Origin: a virus
DNA: 64,000 nt
Strand: one strand, 5' to 3'
IMG/VR virus record: IMGVR_UViG_3300044949_001773
Coordinates: 32,001-96,000 of that record
In this document: positions 56,268-64,000 of the stretch, in pieces
How positions within the stretch are numbered: position 1 is the first letter of the stretch
Layout of the letters: each line of letters starts with the position of its first letter
Made by a program: the position numbers and the translations under genes
Notes under the pieces: model-generated
Told to the model about the DNA's origin: nothing
Seen by the model: only the letters and a program-made list of their open reading frames with translations
The model's database searches: none

Positions 56268-59200
56268 ATGAGTATTAACAAAAACTTCATAGTAAAAAAT
56301 GGCATTGAAGTTGCTGAAGATCTTATTTTTGCCGAAAATGGTAAAGTTGGCATAGGAACAACTGTACCGTTAAGAACTATTGAAATTGATGGCGATATAT
56401 CATTTACTGGAAAAATATATGCCCCTTCGGAGAATCCATTATATTCATCTAGCGGAACGGTAAATTCAACCTTTCCAAATGCTATAATCACAAATGAAAA
56501 TACTGATGATTTTAGAGTATATGATATCCTAAATGACACTTCTGGTTATTTAGAGACAAATACTATAGTTACAGGTATTGGAAATAACAGAATTTTCATT
56601 TCTCCAAATCATACAAGAACTTCTGGTTCCGATGCGGTCAATATTTCCATTTATAGACCAGTATCAACTGGAAGTACAAATAATGTACTAGTTTCTCAAG
56701 GTGATGAACCGCCCGTCTGGAAGCAAATGCCAGATGCGTTTAATGTTATTGGAGGAATTGCGTCTGTAACTTCATTGCAAGTTGATGGACCTTCAAACTT
56801 ACAAACAGTAACTGCTCTAGAATATCTTGGGGATGGTACTAGACTATCCGGAATTGTAACTCAAATATTAGCTGGAACTGGAATTAATATTCAAGAAACT
56901 CAAGTTCCAGGAAAAGGTCTAGTAGAAATCACTTCATATTTTCCAATTGGGAAAACAATATTTGTAACTCAAAATGGAGATGATGATAATAGTGGATTGA
57001 CTGAAAGTGATGCTAAAAAAACTATAAGAGCGGCAGCAGCGATTGCTTTTCCTGGAGATACTATAAAAGTATATCCAGGTGTCTATGTTGAAGAAAATCC
57101 AATTTATCTATCAAAGAGAGTTGCTGTAGAAGGTACTGAACTTAGAAACTGTGTAGTAACTCCAAAATATCCAGGAAAAGACTTATTTTACGTAAATAAT
57201 AGTTGTCATATAACTGATTTAAGTTTTATCGGTCCAGAAATGTTTAATGGGGCATCAATTGTTAGTTTGCAACCATTAACTGGAGTTGCTACTGATAGAT
57301 ATTTTGATGCTGCCAGAATGATCCGTTATAATTTAGATTATATAGCAAGAGAATCTGTTGGTTTTCTTACAAGTGGATTTAGTGGATTTGCTGGAGGACA
57401 TAGAGAACAAGATGCCGCAAGACTTATTGATTTAAATACTAATTTTATTGCAGCAGAAGCGATAGGATTTCTCACATCGACCAATTATAAGAATCCAGTA
57501 TTTCAGATAGTAGATTCTTCAGGAAATCCTACAGATCCAGTAAATTGTTCAGACGATATCAAATCCATATTGGGAGCAATTTCCGACGATCTAAAAGCGG
57601 CAAGTAATAAAAAAAGTATAGGAGCAGCAAAATCATACTTTGACGGGGATGGAGTTTTACTTCATATTACTGGAAGCGATCCAACAGGATACTCTGTTAA
57701 AGAAGCCACAATTGCTGCTATTAATCACGCAGTAGGCATTGTAACTCACGTAATTAATAATGTATCTTATGCGGGAACAACATATAGTAATTTAACGCAA
57801 GATACTACTAGCTATTCTCCAGTTATAGTAAGCGGTGGTTGTACTAGTACAATAGAAAAAATACAAGATCTTTCTGACATTATTACAGGTGGTCTTATAA
57901 ATTCCTCAACTTTTAATACTTATATTTCCGGAATTACTACAGTATATGGAGTAAATCTTGATATCAAAGATTGTGCCGATGATGTAAAAGATATTTGGAA
58001 GTGCGTAATTCATGATATTACAAGAGGTGGAAATTCTCGTTGCGTTGCCGCTGGAAGATCTTATTACGATGAGAATTGGAATCTAATACCTCAAATTCTA
58101 AAAAACCCTCAAGAAGTAAATCAAACAATAAAAACCTTAGATTATTCGTTCAATGTTGCTCGTTCTATTATTAACAATGTAACTTGGGGAGGATATCCAG
58201 TAGGAGTATCAACAAATGTTACAAATGCTAATTATAATAATGTAACTGGAATAGCAACAATTACTGCTACCAATCATGGTCTTTTACAAAATGACGCCGT
58301 AAAAGTAGTAGGACTTGGTTTTACTTGCCCATCAGATGGTGGTGTTCTAACACTAACATATCCAACAGGAAGTTATGGTTATGTTTTTAATGTACACAAA
58401 GTAGTAGATAATAATAAATTTGAAGTAATTGTTGGAAAATCCACACTACCTCATACTTATGTTTCTGGAGGAACTATTCAAAAGTATGGTAATTTTCAAA
58501 ATGAGTATACTCAGGTAAAGGATTTGGGAATGCAGATTGATCCAGATACTGGGTTCAATAATGGCATTAATGGATGCGCTAATGTAGTTTCTGCCTTAAG
58601 ATCTTGCGTAGGTGTTGTAACAACCATAATTGGTTATGGCCAAACTTCAGGAATAAATGTTACATATCCAGGTAATTCTGGAATTGGTTATAATACCCTC
58701 AAAAATGTAACAGATGCTATATACGACAATGTAACTGGAATTACTACTTTAACTGTGCCTGGTTTAATAGTCAAAAAAGATAGCATAGTAGAAGTAAGAG
58801 ATTTAGTATTTGAGTGCGAATCCGGTGGGGTCACTGCATCTCAAAAATTCCCATCAGGTAAATATGGTTACGAATTTGATGTAACTAAAGTAAATCAAGA
58901 CGGATCATTTGTAATTAATACTGGCGTTTCAACTATACCTCATACTTATGTAAGTGGAGGATTTATTGTAGATCGTTCAATTGAAGTTACAAATGCCATC
59001 TATGATCATACTACAGGAAATACCATTATTACTGCCCCAGGAGCATATGTTAGAAAAGATGATTTTGTAACATTGTATGATTTGGAATTTTCATGCTCAA
59101 GTGGAGCGGGAACGACAACTTTATATCCTACAGGAAATCTTGGTTATTCTTTTAAAGTAATAGACATCGTAACTCCTGGACAAACTTTTATAGTAAATAC

Positions 59201-60374
59201 TGGAAAATCAACAATAGTTCATACTTATGAACAAGGAGGCGTTGTTCTTCCACCATATTCTCCAGGAGTTGGTCCAATTACGCAGGGTCCTTATGTTAGG
59301 AACTGTACCAATTTCGTACCAAATTCTATTGGGATGAAAATTGATGGGTTTGATGCAGAACCAGGAGATCAAGATGATATTGGCGTAACTGGTACAATGA
59401 GTGTTGACTCATACACCCAATATAATCAAGGTGGTATTGGAGTTTCAATTACTAATGGAGCTTATGCTCAGTTAGTATCTATCTTTACTATTTGCGATGA
59501 TATTGCTATATTTACTGGTTCTGGAGGTCAATGTGACATAACAAACTCAAACTCATCATTTGGAAGATTGGGATTGGTTGCTGATGGAGTTGGTGACGCT
59601 GAAACTAAATCAATTTATAGATATACAGGTGTTTGTGCTCAAGAAGCCGAGCAAGAACAAGATACTATTATTATTTCCGGATTAGGAAATTTGAGACCAT
59701 ATGATGGTCAATCAATTTATTTTGGTCAATTATACTATTTCGTCAATACAATTGAAGTCCTCGATGGAGGATCTGGATATGTGTCTCCGCCAACAGTGAT
59801 AATAGATGAACCGACAGGACAAAATGGAATTAGAGCAGAGGCTTCGGCAAATATCCAAAATGGAAAAGTCGTTTCTATAGATCTTATCAGTACGGGAACT
59901 CAATACGAATCTCCACCATCAATACAATTATTGGGGGGTGGAGGAAATGGGGCTTCTGCTCAAGCCACTATGACAGCAATATATTATACAATTGAAACGG
60001 CAACTCTTCCTTCTGCGGGTATATCAACAGTAGTTTTAGCACAAAATCTAAATAATACAGTTGGTGCTGGGACTACAGTTTACTTTAGTCGTTTAAGTTT
60101 ACAGATTACATCATCACATTCATTTGAATGGGTTGGATCTGGAAATGATATTAATAAAGCAAAACCAGCTTTAGGGGGTGTTGTAAATACAGATAATGAA
60201 GTTGTTAGTTTAAATGGTGGTCAAGTTGTATATACAAGTACTGACCAAGCAGGAAACTTTAGGATTGGTGATGGTATTGTGATTAACCAAATTACCGGTA
60301 CTATTACTGGAAGAGCTTTCAGTCAAAGTATCTTAAATACAGTAAATCCACTCATTGTAGCATTAGGTAACTAA
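56268..60374 (+). CDS. Large tail-fibre or structural protein (1368 aa)
   Basis: NKNFIVKNG, FVTQNGDD.NSG...KTI, three (A.Y...TG.....HTYVSGG) repeats and SHSFEWVGSG. Confidence 0.75.
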   Translation: MSINKNFIVKNGIEVAEDLIFAENGKVGIGTTVPLRTIEIDGDISFTGKIYAPSENPLYSSSGTVNSTFPNAIITNENTDDFRVYDILNDTSGYLETNTIVTGIGNNRIFISPNHTRTSGSDAVNISIYRPVSTGSTNNVLVSQGDEPPVWKQMPDAFNVIGGIASVTSLQVDGPSNLQTVTALEYLGDGTRLSGIVTQILAGTGINIQETQVPGKGLVEITSYFPIGKTIFVTQNGDDDNSGLTESDAKKTIRAAAAIAFPGDTIKVYPGVYVEENPIYLSKRVAVEGTELRNCVVTPKYPGKDLFYVNNSCHITDLSFIGPEMFNGASIVSLQPLTGVATDRYFDAARMIRYNLDYIARESVGFLTSGFSGFAGGHREQDAARLIDLNTNFIAAEAIGFLTSTNYKNPVFQIVDSSGNPTDPVNCSDDIKSILGAISDDLKAASNKKSIGAAKSYFDGDGVLLHITGSDPTGYSVKEATIAAINHAVGIVTHVINNVSYAGTTYSNLTQDTTSYSPVIVSGGCTSTIEKIQDLSDIITGGLINSSTFNTYISGITTVYGVNLDIKDCADDVKDIWKCVIHDITRGGNSRCVAAGRSYYDENWNLIPQILKNPQEVNQTIKTLDYSFNVARSIINNVTWGGYPVGVSTNVTNANYNNVTGIATITATNHGLLQNDAVKVVGLGFTCPSDGGVLTLTYPTGSYGYVFNVHKVVDNNKFEVIVGKSTLPHTYVSGGTIQKYGNFQNEYTQVKDLGMQIDPDTGFNNGINGCANVVSALRSCVGVVTTIIGYGQTSGINVTYPGNSGIGYNTLKNVTDAIYDNVTGITTLTVPGLIVKKDSIVEVRDLVFECESGGVTASQKFPSGKYGYEFDVTKVNQDGSFVINTGVSTIPHTYVSGGFIVDRSIEVTNAIYDHTTGNTIITAPGAYVRKDDFVTLYDLEFSCSSGAGTTTLYPTGNLGYSFKVIDIVTPGQTFIVNTGKSTIVHTYEQGGVVLPPYSPGVGPITQGPYVRNCTNFVPNSIGMKIDGFDAEPGDQDDIGVTGTMSVDSYTQYNQGGIGVSITNGAYAQLVSIFTICDDIAIFTGSGGQCDITNSNSSFGRLGLVADGVGDAETKSIYRYTGVCAQEAEQEQDTIIISGLGNLRPYDGQSIYFGQLYYFVNTIEVLDGGSGYVSPPTVIIDEPTGQNGIRAEASANIQNGKVVSIDLISTGTQYESPPSIQLLGGGGNGASAQATMTAIYYTIETATLPSAGISTVVLAQNLNNTVGAGTTVYFSRLSLQITSSHSFEWVGSGNDINKAKPALGGVVNTDNEVVSLNGGQVVYTSTDQAGNFRIGDGIVINQITGTITGRAFSQSILNTVNPLIVALGN

Positions 60375-60376
60375 AA

Positions 60377-60736
60377 ATGGCACAAGTTGCACTTAATAAA
60401 TTTAGAACAATCCGTGTAGGAATTACCACTCAAATGGTAGGAATCTATACATGCCCAGTAGGTGTAGCATCTATTGTAATTCTTTCACAAGTTACTAATG
60501 TTTCTACTGGTTCTTCACTTGGCAATTATAAAGTTACTGCTGTTCATTCTAGAACATCAGAATCTCAGATTGATTTTACATTTGCCAATGATATCACTAT
60601 ACCGCCGAACGATGCCTTTAATCTAATTTCCGATGGAAGATTGGCATTAGAAACTAATGATGTAATTAAAATAAAATCAAATAGTGAAGGAAAATTAGAA
60701 TTGCTTTTAAGTGTCCTGGAAACCGCAAAACAGTAA
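60377..60736 (+). CDS. Small structural protein
   Basis: IYTCPVGV.SIV...LETND...SVLETA. Confidence 0.65.
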   Translation: MAQVALNKFRTIRVGITTQMVGIYTCPVGVASIVILSQVTNVSTGSSLGNYKVTAVHSRTSESQIDFTFANDITIPPNDAFNLISDGRLALETNDVIKIKSNSEGKLELLLSVLETAKQ

Positions 60737-60740
60737 GTAA

Positions 60741-63700
60741 ATGACTAAAAGATATAACTCAGGAAGAGTACAAAAGCTTCCTCAATCTGGAATTACTACA
60801 GACAGATACGAATTTTTAGGGTTAGAACAGGCAGAACCCGATTTGGGCGATCCTATAGTAGGAGTATCATCTGTACAGGCTCGCCCATTTAATGGTAATA
60901 TATATGAATGGTATATTTTAGCATCTGATAATAGTGGAGCGGGAAAAAGATATTGGTTACCAAAGGACATTGTTATAGCAGAGAATGTAAGGCAAGCAGG
61001 TGCTATAACAATTAGAAGTAATGATAATTTAATCGGAATACCTAATGGAGTATATGATTTAAATTTTAAAGGTGGTATTACTATTACTGCTCCAGGAACT
61101 GTTGCTGGAATAGGCAATTCTGGAGTAGATATAGAAATCACTAATGTTCCAGAAGCAGAAAGATCTGAGCAAGCTGGAAATTTGGAAGGAGGAAATCCAG
61201 GATCATTGCCATATCAAGAAGCGACAAATTCTACGGTATTTTTGCCAGGTCCTGGACTGGAGAGACAAGTTTTATCATATAATCCGACAACAATTGCTCC
61301 TACTTGGAGAAACATTTTAGATTTAAAACCTATAGAAGTTGAACAAAAATTACAAGATCAAAATTATTACTTATCATACCTAGTATCTACAGGGTCAACA
61401 TCAACAATTGGAATTGGACAATCTGTATTATCATTTAATCCATCAAAAATAAGATTAGGTATAGGAACAGATAATCCATCATCAACTTTAGATGTACGTG
61501 GAGATGTTATCATCTCAGGAATATCCACTTTTGAATCAAACTCAACATTTAAAAAATCAATAATTGTCCAAGAAAATTTTAATGTAACTGGATTATCAAC
61601 TTTCAATAATAGAGTAAGCATTGGAGCCACTTTAAGTGTAACTGGCGTATCAACTTTTAGTAATAATGTAAGCATTGGAGCCACTTTAAATGTAACTGGT
61701 GTATCAACTTTTAGCAATAATGTAAGTATTAGTAAAACTGATGGTCTGTTAAATGTAAAGTCACCTGCGATTTTTACTGGAATTACAACAGTCAATACAC
61801 TTACTGCTCAATCTCTTTCACCAGATGGCATTGATTATGGTACAAATTTGTACGTACCTGTGGCAAACGCAGTGGGATCTTGGACATGGCAGCCAGTATT
61901 TGATGCTGGAGCAGGAAGTATTGATGGAATTACTATATTTGAAAATGGTGCTCAAGTAGGAACAGATATAATAGCACTAGATTTCTTAAATCAAAATTAT
62001 TCAATTACACTATCGGGGTCAGTTGCAAACATAGCATTTAGCGAAACACCAAATTTTACTTCAATTACCGCAGGTTTTAGTTCAGAAGTTACACTCAATT
62101 CTACTGGAGTTAAGGTCTCTGGAATCGTAACATCAACAAAACTTGATGTTGGTTCTCTTAATGCGGATTCTTCTGGAATTAGGGTTTCTGGATTTGTTAC
62201 TACTACTAATCTAAAAGTTACAAATAATGCTACAATAGATAATAATTTAACAGTAACAGGTGATTTAACTGTTAATGGTCAAACTACCACTATTAATAGC
62301 GTTACACTTACGGTAGATGATAAATTAATATCATTAGCATCAACCGCAACTCCTTCGGACATTGGAGCAGATGGTGGTGGTATTGAGTTAAAAGGAAATA
62401 CTGATCACACTATTTTATGGAGCAATGCTAATGATTCTTGGGACTTTAGTGAAAATTTAAATATAATTACTGGTAAAGTTTACAGAATTAATAATGCCTC
62501 TGTATTGAGCGCAACTTCTCTTGGAGCTGGAGTAACAAATTCTTCATTAACCTCCTTAGGAACAATTACTACAGGTATTTGGCAGGGTAGTCAAATCGAT
62601 GACAATTATATTGGCACTATAAACGACAGTAATAAGGTTTCTCTAAGTGCTCTTGATATTGATGGTGCAGCAGAAACTACTTCAGTAGTTGATGCGGATT
62701 TGCTCATCATTGACGATGGTGCTAATGGGACAAATCGTAAAGTTACTGCTTCAAATTTAAAAACTTATGTTGGTAGTAACTTATCACTTAGCGGTTCTCT
62801 TAGTGGAAATCTCAATTTAAATGGAAATGATATAATTGGAACCTCTGGTAATATTAATATTAGTGGAAATATTAAAGCTGGCATTATAACTGCAACGACT
62901 TTTAATGGAAGTCTTAGTGGAACTGCTACGACAGCAACCGATTTGTCTAGAAGTGTCAATACTCCAGTAACAGGAGGATTGACAGGGGGTGGGCAATTAA
63001 ATCAAGATTTAAGCCTTTCATTAAAAAATGCAGCATCATTATCCAATAATACTATTTTAAAATGGAATTCCACTAATGGAGAGTTAACTAATGCTTCTAT
63101 AACAGACACTGGATCCTTAGTAACTGTATCCAGTACTATAAAATTAGCAGGAATTCAAGATAGTAGTAATTCTGCAGGATCAGCAAATAATGTTCCAATT
63201 GCTAATGGTAGTGGAGGATGGTCTTGGGGAACGGTAGCCAGCTCTGGAGCTCTTACTGATATTGTTAATGATACAACACCTCAATTAGGTGGTAATCTAG
63301 ATCTAAACAGTAAAAATATTAATGGAACCGGAAACATTAATATTAATGGAAACATTACCGCTGGCATTATAACAGCAACGACTTTTAATGGAAGTCTTAG
63401 TGGAACTGGAAACATTAATATTAATGGAAACATTACCGCTGGCATTATAACAGCAACTACTTTTAGTGGGAGTTTTAGTGGAACCGCAACTGGTATTGAT
63501 AAGAGTGTCATTGCCGGTAATGGATTAACCGGTGGAGGAGCATTAACTTCTGATGTTACATTAAATGTTGGTGCAGGAACTGGAATTACAGTCAATGCTG
63601 ATGACATAGCTCTTAAAAATTCTTCTTCTTTAACTTCAAATCGAGCTCTTAAATGGGACGGAACTCAACTATCAAATACTAATATAACAGATAATGGTAC

Positions 63701-64000
63701 TCAAGTATCAATAGCATCATCTATTAAAATTGAATATGGAATCATTGATAAAAATAACTCAGCGGGAAATAATACCTACATACCGGTTGCTGATGGTACA
63801 GGTAGTTGGCAATGGAGTCAATTATCATCCGCCGGAGGAATTTCTGGCATTTCCGTTAGAGAAGAATCCAATTCCGCATTTACAGGAATTACAGAATTAA
63901 AATTCACTGGTATTAATGTAACGGCTACTTCTTCCGGAAGTGTTGCTACTATAACAATTCCAGATACGGTTGCTTTTGCTACAACATCAACAAATTTGTC
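60741..64000 (+). CDS. Long tail-fibre protein, 3' partial (absent from the ORF track, apparently because no stop falls in the window)
   Basis: ATG at 60741 gives MTKRYNSGRVQK...RYEFLGLEQAEPDLGDP. Contains GIGTDNP, GVSTF and GDLTVNGQTTTINS...VDDK repeats. Confidence 0.8.
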   Translation, partial: MTKRYNSGRVQKLPQSGITTDRYEFLGLEQAEPDLGDPIVGVSSVQARPFNGNIYEWYILASDNSGAGKRYWLPKDIVIAENVRQAGAITIRSNDNLIGIPNGVYDLNFKGGITITAPGTVAGIGNSGVDIEITNVPEAERSEQAGNLEGGNPGSLPYQEATNSTVFLPGPGLERQVLSYNPTTIAPTWRNILDLKPIEVEQKLQDQNYYLSYLVSTGSTSTIGIGQSVLSFNPSKIRLGIGTDNPSSTLDVRGDVIISGISTFESNSTFKKSIIVQENFNVTGLSTFNNRVSIGATLSVTGVSTFSNNVSIGATLNVTGVSTFSNNVSISKTDGLLNVKSPAIFTGITTVNTLTAQSLSPDGIDYGTNLYVPVANAVGSWTWQPVFDAGAGSIDGITIFENGAQVGTDIIALDFLNQNYSITLSGSVANIAFSETPNFTSITAGFSSEVTLNSTGVKVSGIVTSTKLDVGSLNADSSGIRVSGFVTTTNLKVTNNATIDNNLTVTGDLTVNGQTTTINSVTLTVDDKLISLASTATPSDIGADGGGIELKGNTDHTILWSNANDSWDFSENLNIITGKVYRINNASVLSATSLGAGVTNSSLTSLGTITTGIWQGSQIDDNYIGTINDSNKVSLSALDIDGAAETTSVVDADLLIIDDGANGTNRKVTASNLKTYVGSNLSLSGSLSGNLNLNGNDIIGTSGNINISGNIKAGIITATTFNGSLSGTATTATDLSRSVNTPVTGGLTGGGQLNQDLSLSLKNAASLSNNTILKWNSTNGELTNASITDTGSLVTVSSTIKLAGIQDSSNSAGSANNVPIANGSGGWSWGTVASSGALTDIVNDTTPQLGGNLDLNSKNINGTGNININGNITAGIITATTFNGSLSGTGNININGNITAGIITATTFSGSFSGTATGIDKSVIAGNGLTGGGALTSDVTLNVGAGTGITVNADDIALKNSSSLTSNRALKWDGTQLSNTNITDNGTQVSIASSIKIEYGIIDKNNSAGNNTYIPVADGTGSWQWSQLSSAGGISGISVREESNSAFTGITELKFTGINVTATSSGSVATITIPDTVAFATTSTNL
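61581..61730 (+). repeat. About 2.5 tandem 60-bp repeats (NVTGVSTFSNNVSIGATL)
   Basis: GTAACTGG.TATCAACTTT...GTAAGCATTGGAGCCACTTTA recurs at 60-nt period. Confidence 0.8.
63330..63484 (+). repeat. Near-identical 78-bp tandem duplication; a related copy lies at ~62850-62925
   Basis: GGAAACATTAATATTAATGGAAACATTACCGCTGGCATTATAACAGCAAC occurs at 63330 and 63408. Confidence 0.85.

Noticed and set aside
61581-63484. Repeats as a diversity-generating retroelement TR/VR pair or a CRISPR array
   Set aside because: They are in-frame coding tandem repeats with no adenine-specific mismatch pattern and no spacers. No reverse transcriptase is present in the window.
60782-63607. Minus-strand ORFs in the last 3 kb, and similar antisense ORFs throughout the window
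   Set aside because: They are shadows of strongly biased plus-strand genes; this region is one long plus-strand tail fibre.

Overview
A 64 kb segment of an AT-rich T4-like cyanophage (cyanomyovirus) genome, almost entirely coding. In order it holds: a glycosyltransferase cluster; host-derived auxiliary genes (Som porin, pstS with a pho box, two hli, ferredoxin, peroxiredoxin); a lysis locus; virion and S8-protease genes; psbA split by a 258-nt group I intron and followed by a free-standing GIY-YIG-like nuclease; small hypothetical genes, glutaredoxin and speD; an NtcA-box plus tandem glutamine-riboswitch operon of tiny ORFs; thyX, phoH, an exonuclease, gp33, gp59 and gp32; the baseplate and tail module (gp53, gp48, gp4, gp54-like, gp26/51, two muralytic tape-measure-like paralogs, hub, CP12, gp5); and large tail-fibre genes running off the end. 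The most notable observations are: (1) a -1 ribosomal frameshift signal (A AAA AAG plus an H-type pseudoknot) that is the only visible route to a complete lysozyme, fused to a C39-like peptidase; (2) a 51-codon ORF nested inside the P2 arm of the second glutamine aptamer; (3) a lambda G/GT-like slippery site at the gp26/gp51 junction; (4) a stand-alone ~65-nt sRNA behind a perfect sigma70 promoter; (5) a D1 with F211A and an unspliced form that mimics mature D1. All calls come from reading motifs by eye; no database searches were run.
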